The notes: a model not told the origin generated them from the letters alone. 64,000 bases of DNA from Myxococcota bacterium (GCA_036229005.1 JAZAMN010000050.1:42998-106997), one strand, 5' to 3'; shown: positions 1 to 8,407, counted from the first letter of the stretch. A program made the numbers and translations.

Positions 1-642
1 GGCGAGCTGGCAGCGGAGATGGCCGGGCCCGGCAAGTCCGTGATGGTCCACGTGGAGGGCACCCGCTCCCTGAACTGCCGCACCCCCGTGCAGAAGATGA
101 GCGGCGCCTTCATCGACATGGCCCTCAAGGTCAACGCCCCCATCGTGCCCGTGCGCTTTGTGGGCGGTCTGCCCGCGGCGGACCTGGAGGCCCGCGTGGA
201 GTTCCCCGTCGGCTTGAGCGCCGAGGGTCAGGAGCCCCCCAAGGGCCAGCCCTTCGCTCACGGCCTGGGACAGCAGGACATCTGGCTGGGCGCGCCCATC
301 CTGCCCGAGGACATCGCGCACCTGCCCTATGGTGAGCGCAAGCGCATCGTGATCGACGCCATCAACGGCCTCGGTCCCGCCAACGCCGCCGAGGCGCCCT
401 TCTCCGGCGACCTGGAGTTCGGGGAGAAGGTGGAGGCGTGGCGGTCCAGCACCGGCGCGACCCACGAGCACGCCACCTTGCTGCAGGTGCTGCGTGAGGC
501 CGAGTCGGTCTGCCCCGAGACCCAGGCCATCCTGGACGGTCTGGATGGCTCCGGCTTCCAGAGCGAGGACAGCGAGGCCGGCGCTTGGCTGGCGGAACTG
601 GCCCGCCGGCTCTACGGCGAGCAGGGTCCCCCAGTGAAGTAG
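1..642 (+). CDS. C-terminal part of a protein ending in a PlsC/AGPAT-like acyltransferase domain; probably a myxobacterial PUFA synthase Pfa3-type subunit (5' part outside window)
   Basis: Frame is open from position 1. It shows the acyltransferase block III-like HVEGTRS (cf. FPEGTRS) and block IV-like APIVPV, followed by a C-terminal extension. Confidence 0.6.
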   Translation, partial: GELAAEMAGPGKSVMVHVEGTRSLNCRTPVQKMSGAFIDMALKVNAPIVPVRFVGGLPAADLEARVEFPVGLSAEGQEPPKGQPFAHGLGQQDIWLGAPILPEDIAHLPYGERKRIVIDAINGLGPANAAEAPFSGDLEFGEKVEAWRSSTGATHEHATLLQVLREAESVCPETQAILDGLDGSGFQSEDSEAGAWLAELARRLYGEQGPPVK

Positions 643-646
643 CAGG

Positions 647-693
647 CTGCAGAGCAGCAGGTGGCTTTGGATGAGTCGCCTGCTGCGCTGCAG
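647..693. terminator. Long inverted repeat between convergent genes (possible terminator or REP-like hairpin)
   Basis: 647-666 CTGCAGAGCAGCAGGTGGCT pairs with 674-693 AGTCGCCTGCTGCGCTGCAG (1 mismatch, 2 G-U), with a 7-nt loop. There is no U-tract. Confidence 0.45.
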
Positions 694-770
694 GCATACG
701 TCCCAGGACATGCGTCCCCCCGGCTTCTCCTCAAGCTAAAGGGGGAGGGGACCAGAAATTGTCCGGGGGA

Positions 771-1526
771 TCAGTCGTCGAAGCGACCGTGGCGCCCCGC
801 ACCCTCCGCGAAGCGCGTCGCCCCCAGCCTGGCCTCGTCGATGACACGGAGTCCGCGATCGAACTCGCGGGCCATCGCGTCCGGGAGGTGGGCCATGCGG
901 GTCGACCACCGATCCGCCCGCAGACAAGCCTGAGGAAAAGCGGCGATCTCCGCCGCAAGTGTGAGGGCCGAGGACAGCGCCTGACCGCTGGGAGCGAGCC
1001 GGTTCACCAAGCCGATCCGGTGGGCCTCTTGCGCATCGACGGGCCGCCCGGTGAGGACGAGGTCCATGGCCCGTGATTCACCGATCAGCCTGGGCAGCCG
1101 CACCGTCCCTCCGTCGATCAAGGGGACCCCCCAGCGTCGGCAGAACACCCCGAACACGGCATCGTCCGCCGCGACCCGCAGATCCGCCCAGAGCGCCAAC
1201 TCCAGGCCGCCAGCGACCGCGTGGCCCTCGATCGCGGCGATGACCGGCTTCTGCGTGCGCAGGCGGGTGGGGCCCATGGGGCCGGGGCCGTCTCGCTCCA
1301 GGCGGTTGGGCGTCCCCTCGGAGAGCGCCTTGAGGTCGGCTCCGGAGCAGAAGGTGCCGCCCTCTCCATGCAGGACCAGGACGTGGACCTCCGGGTCTGC
1401 GTCCGCAGCCTCGACGGCCGCCAACAGCGCGTCTGCCGTGTCCCGGTCCACCGCGTTCCGCCGCTCTGGTCGGCTCAGGTGGATGACCGCCGTCGCCCCG
1501 TGTCGGCTCGTCCAGACAGCGCTCAC
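771..1526 (-). CDS. Enoyl-CoA hydratase/isomerase (crotonase) family protein
   Basis: Motifs RPERRNA, FCSGADL, GPMGPTR, KPVIAAIEGHAVAGGLELAL and DGGTVRLPRLIG. The true start is probably GTG 1526, overlapping the LysR stop (GTGA), not 1949. Confidence 0.92.
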   Translation of the reverse strand: MSAVWTSRHGATAVIHLSRPERRNAVDRDTADALLAAVEAADADPEVHVLVLHGEGGTFCSGADLKALSEGTPNRLERDGPGPMGPTRLRTQKPVIAAIEGHAVAGGLELALWADLRVAADDAVFGVFCRRWGVPLIDGGTVRLPRLIGESRAMDLVLTGRPVDAQEAHRIGLVNRLAPSGQALSSALTLAAEIAAFPQACLRADRWSTRMAHLPDAMAREFDRGLRVIDEARLGATRFAEGAGRHGRFDD

Positions 1527-2464
1527 AGCTCGGACTCGCTCAGGCAGGCCCCAGGCTCGGCGATGGACTGCGCGATCTCGGCCAGGCAGCCCCTCAACCA
1601 GGCGTGGGCGGGGTCCTGCTGGAAGCGCTGGTGCCACACCTGCCGGATGGTGAACTGAGGCAACTGCACGGGGGGCTCCAGGAGCTGCAGTCCCAGCGCG
1701 GCGCCGAAGGCGCAGGCCACGCGGGAGGCGAGGGTGAGCACGTGGTCGGTCTGGGCGACCAGCATCGGCGCGACGGAGAAGTGGGGGACGCTCACCGCGA
1801 CCCGCCGCTTGAGCCCGCGCTGCGCGAGGACGTGGTCCACGACCCCCTGACCTCGGGCGCGGGGCGCGATCAAGACGTGCGGGTGCCGGGTGTATTGGTC
1901 CAGGCTCAGGCTCCCCTGGATGTCGGGGTGATCCGGACGGACCACACACACAAAGCGGTCGCGGAACAGGCCCTGCTGACGGAAGGAGCCAGGCATGTCC
2001 TGGAAGGCCCCCACGGCCAGGTCGATCTCCCCGGACTCCAGCGCGCTGCCGGGCAGGTCACCCAGGATCCGCACCCGCAGGTCCACCCCGGGCGCCCGCT
2101 GGGCCAGCATCTGCGCCAAGGCTGGCAGCAACACCATCTCCGCGTAGTCGTTGGCGGCCAGCGTGAAGCGCCGCTCCGCCGTGGCCGGGTCAAAGCGCCC
2201 GTGGTCCTCCAGCGCCCGCGACAGGGTGGTCAGGGCGTCGCGCACCGGTCCGGCCAGCTCCAGCGCCCTGGGGGTCGGCACCATCCCGGCCTTGGTGCGC
2301 ACCAGCAGCTCATCCCCGATGGCCTTGCGCAGGCGCCGCAGAGCGTTGGACATCGCGGGCTGGGAGAGCCCCACGCGCTGGGCCGCCTTGGTGACCGAGC
2401 CCTCCTCCAGCAGCGCGTCGAAGGCGATCAAGAGGTTCAGGTCGATGGCGTGAAGATTGCTCAC
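1523..2464 (-). CDS. LysR family transcriptional regulator (NodD/nitroaromatic-like subgroup)
   Basis: N-terminal DLNLLIAFDALLEEGSVTKAAQRVGLSQPAMSNALRRLR HTH, then FDPATAERRF and a LysR substrate-binding domain. Confidence 0.95.
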   Translation of the reverse strand: MSNLHAIDLNLLIAFDALLEEGSVTKAAQRVGLSQPAMSNALRRLRKAIGDELLVRTKAGMVPTPRALELAGPVRDALTTLSRALEDHGRFDPATAERRFTLAANDYAEMVLLPALAQMLAQRAPGVDLRVRILGDLPGSALESGEIDLAVGAFQDMPGSFRQQGLFRDRFVCVVRPDHPDIQGSLSLDQYTRHPHVLIAPRARGQGVVDHVLAQRGLKRRVAVSVPHFSVAPMLVAQTDHVLTLASRVACAFGAALGLQLLEPPVQLPQFTIRQVWHQRFQQDPAHAWLRGCLAEIAQSIAEPGACLSESEL

Positions 2465-2506
2465 GTGAATCCCCAGACAAGGTGTATTCGCCTGGAGGAT
2501 ATCCCC

Positions 2507-3841
2507 TCAGTCCATGTACCCCAAGGCCCGCAGCGCCTCGACCATCTCGGGGGTCGCCTCGAAGCTCCGGTGAGGCGGAGCGGTCGCGTCCCAGGCGCGG
2601 AGCTGCGCCACCATCTGCTCGACCCGCTGAGGGTCCTGGACCACGTGCACGCTGGGCTCCCAGGCGTAGAGCTGCGCCTGCCGCCGGTAGGGCGTGACCA
2701 CGAGGCTGTAATCCTGGTGGGTGACCGAGCGCTGGAAGGGGAGGTTGTTCCAGCCCTGACCGTTCTCCAGGCTCGCCGGCTGGGTGGCCTCCGCGAAGCT
2801 CGGGGGCGCCTGCCAGCTCCGCTCTCCCCGCAGGATCGCCGAGGTGTCCTCGCCGTCGCCCAGGTCGCTCTCCCAGCCCAAGAGGCCCAGCACGCTGGGC
2901 CCGACATCCATCAAGCGGATCGGTCGGTGCACCACGCTCGCAGGCAGCGCCAACTCGCCGCTCCCCCAGAAGATCAGCGGCACGTGCACGATCGAAGGGT
3001 CCACGTCGGGTCCGTGTCCGAAGGGGCTCCCGCCGTCACTTCCCAGGTGCTCGCCGTGGTCTGAGAAGAGGACGATGAGGGCGGACTCCAGGCGCTCGCG
3101 CTCCCGCAGCCCATCGATCAGGGCGCCGATCTGCTGGTCGGTCCACTGGACCTCCGCCTGGTACAGGCACCGGGCCCGAGCGAGGTCATCGGGGCCCAGG
3201 CTGCCCGCGAACTCCGGCCGGGTCATCGCGATGGAGGTCTCGATCCCCGGCTGGATGGGTCCCTGGTAGGGCTCCGGGCAGGCCTGGTCCCGCAGCGCGG
3301 TGGGCGCCGAGTTCCAGGGGTTGTGGGGGTCGTAGTAGTGGACGAACAGGAAGGTCGGCTGGGCCTCGCCCTGCGCGTCGATGTGCCGGAGCGCCGCCTG
3401 GGTGACCTGGTCTGCTCCGACCTCGTGGATGCCGGTCTTGAGCTGCAGCTCGTGGTTGTCGTAGACGCGGAAGCCGCGCGAGAGGCCCATCTCCGGCTGC
3501 AGCGCGGTGCTCCCCACCACAGCGATGGTGTCCCAGCCCTTGGCCGCGAAGCGCTCCTGGAGGAGGGCGAGGCCCCCGGGTACCGGGAAGCCGTTGCGCA
3601 CCACCGTGGACCCGTGGCTCTCGCGCCCGCTGAAGACCCCGGTGTGCGAGGCCAGCGTGGTCGCGCTCTGGGAGAGGCCCCGCTCCACGCGCACGCCCTG
3701 GGCGGCGAGAGCGTCCACGTTCGGGGTGCTGGGCGGTCCCCCGTAGGCCCCCAATGCGTCGGCGCGGGTGGTGTCCATGCTCACGAAGAGCACCAGGGGA
3801 GGGGGGCTCTGACAGGCCAGCCAGGTGGTGATGAGCAGCAT
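2507..3841 (-). CDS. Sulfatase-like (alkaline phosphatase superfamily) lipoprotein
   Basis: Motifs LFVSMDTTRAD, TTLASHTGVFSG (nucleophile region), FVHYYDPH, FSDHGE, HVPLIF and C-terminal EALRALGY. N-terminal MLLITTWLAC lipobox. Start is ATG 3841; the upstream part of the 786-aa ORF is a shadow of the divergent gene. Confidence 0.85.
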   Translation of the reverse strand: MLLITTWLACQSPPPLVLFVSMDTTRADALGAYGGPPSTPNVDALAAQGVRVERGLSQSATTLASHTGVFSGRESHGSTVVRNGFPVPGGLALLQERFAAKGWDTIAVVGSTALQPEMGLSRGFRVYDNHELQLKTGIHEVGADQVTQAALRHIDAQGEAQPTFLFVHYYDPHNPWNSAPTALRDQACPEPYQGPIQPGIETSIAMTRPEFAGSLGPDDLARARCLYQAEVQWTDQQIGALIDGLRERERLESALIVLFSDHGEHLGSDGGSPFGHGPDVDPSIVHVPLIFWGSGELALPASVVHRPIRLMDVGPSVLGLLGWESDLGDGEDTSAILRGERSWQAPPSFAEATQPASLENGQGWNNLPFQRSVTHQDYSLVVTPYRRQAQLYAWEPSVHVVQDPQRVEQMVAQLRAWDATAPPHRSFEATPEMVEALRALGYMD

Positions 3842-3847
3842 GCCCAG

Positions 3848-3857
3848 AGGGTACCCT
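3848..3857. promoter_or_regulatory. Palindromic bidirectional -10 element between two divergent, apparently leaderless genes
   Basis: AGGGTACCCT gives TACCCT on both strands, 5 nt before ATG 3863 (+) and 6 nt before ATG 3841 (-). There is no room for or sign of Shine-Dalgarno sequences. Confidence 0.55.
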
Positions 3858-3862
3858 GGGCC

Positions 3863-5116
3863 ATGTCCTTCGACGCCGTCACCACCGCGGAGCTGCCCTC
3901 GCGGCAGGTCACCACCCTCCACCTCTTTCGCCACGGTCAGGTGGAGACGGGCGGGCTGCGGCTGGCCTACGGACACTCGGATCTGCCCCTCTCCATGCAA
4001 GGTGAGGACCAGCACGCCGCCCTGGAGCGCTTCGCCGCGCGCCTGCCCGCTCCGGACGGGGTGCTCAGCTCGGATCTGCGCCGCTGCATGCACTTGGCCG
4101 AGGGGCTGGGCAGGGTGTCCTCGCTGGCGCCCCGCTGCCATCCGGAGCTCCGTGAGCAGGACATGGGGGAGTGGGAGGGCCAGGCGTGGGGGGCGCTCTC
4201 CAGCCGCTCCTCCCAGGCCATCCACGACTACTGGGACGACTATGTGGGGGCCCGGCCGCCAGGTGGCGAGAGCCTCCGCGATCTGGACGCGCGCGTATGG
4301 GACTGGTGGCAGGGCATGCAGGACGAGCTGGCCGGCGGGACCTGGTGGGTGGCGGCGCACATCGGCGTGATCCGCGTGCTGCTCTGTCGGCTGATGGGGC
4401 ACCCGCTGGACGAGGCCCTGCGCTTCGCACCCGCCCGCGGCTCCCACACCAAGCTCCTGCTCGCCGAGGCCGGCGCGGTCCTGGAGGTCCTGGGAGAGCA
4501 GCCGCTGCCCGTCCCCAAGGCCGAGTCGGGGCCCCTCAAGATCGCCCTGAGCGGTAGCGCGGGGGTGGGAAAGAGCACGCTTGGGCAGGCCCTGTCCAAA
4601 CGCCTGGGGGTCCCATTCATCCCGGAGGGCATGCGGGCGCGGCTGGAGGGCGGTCTGCAGCTCCACCGGCTGGATCGAGGGCAGCTCCGGGACCTGATCC
4701 ACAGCCTCTGGGACGAGCAGCTCGAAGCGGAGCGGCGCGCCGTCCGGGACCACGGGGGCTTCGTCGCGGATCGGGGGGCGGCGGACTTCGCGGCCTTCTA
4801 TCTGCACTACCGCTTCATCGAGGCCCAGGACGGGACCGCCGCGTTCGTCTCCCAGGCGCTCGCCCATGCCCGCGGCTACACCCGGACCGTGGTGCTCCCC
4901 TGGGGCGCGATCCCGCTGCGCTCGGACGGGGTGCGCAGCAGCAATCCCTGGCTACAGCGGCACTTCCAGGCGGTGGTCGAGGGCGTGATCCACCGGGAGG
5001 TCCAGCGCGAGCGGGTCCTCTGGCTCCCCACCGAGCGGCGCTCCCTGCGCGAGCGGGTGGACTGGGTGTCGAGCTGGCTGCCTGCTGGATTCGCGCTCAA
5101 GTCCCGCCCCCGGTGA
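3863..5116 (+). CDS. Fusion of histidine phosphatase (PGM/CobC-like) and P-loop nucleotide kinase (NadR/AAA_28-like)
   Basis: Phosphatase motifs LFRHG, SSDLRRC, LREQDMGEWEG, PPGGES and AHIGVIR. Kinase motifs KIALSGSAGVGKST (Walker A), FVADRG and DGVR. Confidence 0.85.
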   Translation: MSFDAVTTAELPSRQVTTLHLFRHGQVETGGLRLAYGHSDLPLSMQGEDQHAALERFAARLPAPDGVLSSDLRRCMHLAEGLGRVSSLAPRCHPELREQDMGEWEGQAWGALSSRSSQAIHDYWDDYVGARPPGGESLRDLDARVWDWWQGMQDELAGGTWWVAAHIGVIRVLLCRLMGHPLDEALRFAPARGSHTKLLLAEAGAVLEVLGEQPLPVPKAESGPLKIALSGSAGVGKSTLGQALSKRLGVPFIPEGMRARLEGGLQLHRLDRGQLRDLIHSLWDEQLEAERRAVRDHGGFVADRGAADFAAFYLHYRFIEAQDGTAAFVSQALAHARGYTRTVVLPWGAIPLRSDGVRSSNPWLQRHFQAVVEGVIHREVQRERVLWLPTERRSLRERVDWVSSWLPAGFALKSRPR

Positions 5117-5146
5117 CCGATTCGGGGTCCCCGTGGAGAGACCCGA

Positions 5147-7528
5147 ATGCCCCGACTGAGCCTTTGCCTCATCGCCAAGGATGAAGAGGAGATGCTGGAG
5201 GACTGCCTGCGCTCGGTGCGCGGCGTGGTGGACGAGATCATCGTCTGCGACACCGGCTCCAGCGACGGCACCCGCGAGCTCGCCACACTGCTCGGGGCCC
5301 AGGTCATCGAGCATGTCTGGGAGGAGGACTTCTCGGCGGCCCGGAACGCTGCCCTCACCGCTTCGACCGGTACCCATGTCCTCATCCTGGACGCCGACGA
5401 GCGGCTCACCCCTGGCGCCGGCGAGGTCATCCTGGCGGCGATCCAGGACCCCACGCTGGATCTGGGCATGCTCCCCCTGCACAACGCGGAGCGCCTGGAC
5501 GCGCCGGTCGACCAGGTGCTCAGCGGGCTCGCTCGGCGCGGCGACCCGGTGGACCTGCCGCGCCTGTTCCGTCGCACCCCCGACCTGCGCTGGGAGGGGG
5601 CCATCCACGAGTCGCCGAACACCTGGCTGAGCAGCGCGCCCCGCCGGATCCGGCGCCTGGAGGCGCCCATCCTTCACCTGGGGGCGGTCCCCAGCCTGCG
5701 GCAGGCGCGGGGCAAGCGGGAGCGCAACATCAAGCTGCTCCAGGCGCGCGTGGCGCAGGAGCCGGGCAACCCCCAGGTCTACGCCTACCTGGCCGGAGAG
5801 CTGCTCCACGAGGGGCGGAGAGAGGAGGCCGAGCGGGTGATCGAGGCCGGCTGGGCCGCCGCGGGCAGGCTGGGGGATGGGCCTCGGCCCGTGCTGGTTC
5901 AGCTCGTGACCCTGCGCGCCCACACCTTGCTGGAGCAGGGCCAGGTGACCGAGGCCCTGGCGGCGCTGGGCCAGGCGCGGGAGTGGAGGGTCCAACACCC
6001 CAACGTGGACCTTCTGGAGGCGCTGGCGCTGCGCCAGCTCGACCCCCCCGCGCGGTCTCGGGCGGCCCAGCTCCTGGAGCGCTGCCTGAACTGGAAGCAG
6101 GGCCTCGCGCAGGAGCCGATCCCCGGCGCTCTGGGCTGGCTCTCGGCTCAGCACCTGGGCGAACTCCGCCTGGAGCTGGGCGAGCTGGACGCGGCCGAGC
6201 TGGCTTTCGGCCGGGCGCTGCAGGAGAAGCCGGATCTGGAGGGGCCTGCCCTTGGAATGGCCGAGCTCGCGCTGCGTCGGGGGGATGCTGCGGCGGCCCT
6301 GAGGCTGGTCGAGCCTTGGCTCCCGCTGGAGAAGCCCGACCCTTGGGTCCTCGCCGCCGCGAGCTGCGCGGCCCTCGGAGAGCCCGGCGACATGCAGGCG
6401 CTGGTCCGTCGCGCCGTGCAGCTCGCGGACAAGGGCTTCGTCGGGCGCCACCGGGCTGACTGGCTCAAGGAGCTGCTGGTCGAGGCGGACCTGTACGCCG
6501 GAAAGCCTCACCCCGGGCCCGGAGTCGTCGGCCGCCTGGGCGCGCTGGCCTCCCGGCTGCCCAACCGGGACGAGCGGGCCATCCACCCCGAGGGCGCCGA
6601 GCGCGTCGCCGTGAACCTGGTCCGGGCCGGCCACCCCGAGCTGCTGGAGCCCTTCTTCGAGCCGCGGGCCGACTCGCTGCTCCCGGGGCTCGCCATGCGC
6701 GTCAAGCTGGCGCTGGCCGAGCAGGGGATCGTCGTCGAAGACGATGGGCAGGCGGAGTTCGTGTTCATCGGAGGCGCGGGCCGCAGCGGCACCACGCTGT
6801 TCCGGGCCATGCTCGGCGCCCACGGCGGCATCCACTGTGGGCCGGAGCTCAAGCTGGTCCCCATCATCTCCGGGCTCCGCGAGCAGTGGGTGCGCACCAT
6901 GGGCAAGGACCTGCAGGAGGCCGGCGTCGGAACCGAGGTCCTGGACGAGGCCGTGCGCTCCTTCATCACCGCGCTGCTGCACGGTGGCGCGCCCGAGGGC
7001 ATGCGGGTCGCGGAGAAGACCCCCCACAACCTGCTGCACACGGCGCTGCTCGGGCGGCTCTTCCCGCGGGCCCGCTTCATCCACGTGGTCCGAGATGGCC
7101 GGGCGGTCGCGGCCTCTCTGGTCCGGCAGCGCTGGGTCGATCCCGCGACGGGGAAGCCCATCTGGTATTGCCAGGATGTCGAGGGGGCTTCTCGATACTG
7201 GGTCGAGGTCGTCTCCACCATCCGGCATCAGGCGGCGTCCGTACCGGGTCGCTACCTGGAGGTCCGATACGAGGAGCTGGTGCAGTCTCCCGAGGACACC
7301 ATGCGCCGGGTGCTCGCGTTCCTGGGGGAGCCCTGGGACGCCGCGGTGCTCGCACACCACGAGGCCGACACCCGCCTGTCCTCGCGTGAGGCCAGCAGCG
7401 CTGCGGTGGCGGGGGCGCTCAGCGATGGCGCTCTGCGCAAGTGGCGTACCCAGCTCTCCGACGCGGACCTCAGCCGCTTCGACCAGCGCACACAGAGCGT
7501 GCTGGCGGAGCTGGGGTACGCGAGCTGA
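5147..7528 (+). CDS. GT2 glycosyltransferase - TPR - PAPS-dependent sulfotransferase (TPST-like) fusion
   Basis: GT2: LSLCLIAKDEE, DTGSSDGT, DFSAARN and LDADE (DxD). The middle is helical and TPR-like. Sulfotransferase from about 6758: FIGGAGRSGTTL (5'-PSB), EKTP, RDGRAVAAS (3'-PB) and RYEELV. Confidence 0.9.
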   Translation: MPRLSLCLIAKDEEEMLEDCLRSVRGVVDEIIVCDTGSSDGTRELATLLGAQVIEHVWEEDFSAARNAALTASTGTHVLILDADERLTPGAGEVILAAIQDPTLDLGMLPLHNAERLDAPVDQVLSGLARRGDPVDLPRLFRRTPDLRWEGAIHESPNTWLSSAPRRIRRLEAPILHLGAVPSLRQARGKRERNIKLLQARVAQEPGNPQVYAYLAGELLHEGRREEAERVIEAGWAAAGRLGDGPRPVLVQLVTLRAHTLLEQGQVTEALAALGQAREWRVQHPNVDLLEALALRQLDPPARSRAAQLLERCLNWKQGLAQEPIPGALGWLSAQHLGELRLELGELDAAELAFGRALQEKPDLEGPALGMAELALRRGDAAAALRLVEPWLPLEKPDPWVLAAASCAALGEPGDMQALVRRAVQLADKGFVGRHRADWLKELLVEADLYAGKPHPGPGVVGRLGALASRLPNRDERAIHPEGAERVAVNLVRAGHPELLEPFFEPRADSLLPGLAMRVKLALAEQGIVVEDDGQAEFVFIGGAGRSGTTLFRAMLGAHGGIHCGPELKLVPIISGLREQWVRTMGKDLQEAGVGTEVLDEAVRSFITALLHGGAPEGMRVAEKTPHNLLHTALLGRLFPRARFIHVVRDGRAVAASLVRQRWVDPATGKPIWYCQDVEGASRYWVEVVSTIRHQAASVPGRYLEVRYEELVQSPEDTMRRVLAFLGEPWDAAVLAHHEADTRLSSREASSAAVAGALSDGALRKWRTQLSDADLSRFDQRTQSVLAELGYAS

Positions 7529-7546
7529 GGGACCCGGGCCCCGGGA

Positions 7547-8242
7547 TCACTCCTCGGAGTGGCCGGCGTCAAAGGGGATGACCTCGCCTTGCTTGCGGGG
7601 ACGGACCAGCGCGACCCCCAGCAGCAGCGCCAGGGCTCGGTCGTACTCTGCGCCCAGGGCCTGGTTGGCGGAGAACAGCGCCAGGCCGACGCCGACCGGT
7701 GCGGACAGGCGCGCGACCTGCTCGGCGCCCTTGCGCAGTCCCACCAACACGGGGCCGACCTTGGGGATCAAGGGCAGGATGGGCTTGTAGGGAGCGCTCA
7801 GGCGAAGGAGCTGCTTGGACACCCAGCCCGAGCCCGCGGCGGCGCCCGCACCCGCAGCGCCGGTCCACGCGACCCACTGGCTGCGGCGGAGGCGGTTCAC
7901 GTGCTTGTCGTCCAGCTCCTCCAGGGCCTCGACGCCCTCGCAGCGGGAGAGCAGCGCCAGGCTGAGGGCGTCCAGGCGCTCCCAGTCGCCCTGATCCGGG
8001 TCGAGCTCGACCTTCAACCGGGAGGCGGTCCGGTCCACGAGCTGCCCGAGGCTGTCGCGCATGGCCAGGACACCGACCGGCGTGTGGGTGCGCCACCAGA
8101 GCGCACGGACCAGCTTGTCGGCCAGCTCGGGGGCCGAGAGATCCGCCTTGGGGCTGATTCCACCGGCCTCCAGGACCTCCCGGAGGGCCGCTGGATCCGC
8201 CTGGGAGAGGCTGTTTCGCACCATCTGAGCGTCGACCTTCAC
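7547..8242 (-). CDS. Hypothetical protein, weakly YaaW/UPF0174-like
   Basis: GTG 8242 is preceded by GAGGAG, with a -10-like TAGAAT at 8287-8292. The C-terminus APVGVGLALFSANQALGAEYDRALALLLGVALVR is reminiscent of the YaaW family. Confidence 0.55.
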   Translation of the reverse strand: MKVDAQMVRNSLSQADPAALREVLEAGGISPKADLSAPELADKLVRALWWRTHTPVGVLAMRDSLGQLVDRTASRLKVELDPDQGDWERLDALSLALLSRCEGVEALEELDDKHVNRLRRSQWVAWTGAAGAGAAAGSGWVSKQLLRLSAPYKPILPLIPKVGPVLVGLRKGAEQVARLSAPVGVGLALFSANQALGAEYDRALALLLGVALVRPRKQGEVIPFDAGHSEE

Positions 8243-8407
8243 ACCTATCTCCTCAAAACCACGGGCCAAGGGAGGTCCTGGCCTCGATTCTACCCGCCAG
8301 CGGCCCCGGATATTTCCCAACATCAAAATGTGGCGCTGGGCCAAAGATGCGCTAATGGTGGGCCGCGGGCCGTTTTTTGGCCCTGAACACCCCATCGTGG
8401 AGATGCC

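Noticed and set aside
2507..4867. 786-aa ORF suggesting a large sulfatase fusion overlapping the phosphatase gene
   Set aside because: The portion above 3841 is antisense to the phosphatase/kinase CDS. The real N-terminus is the lipobox at 3841.
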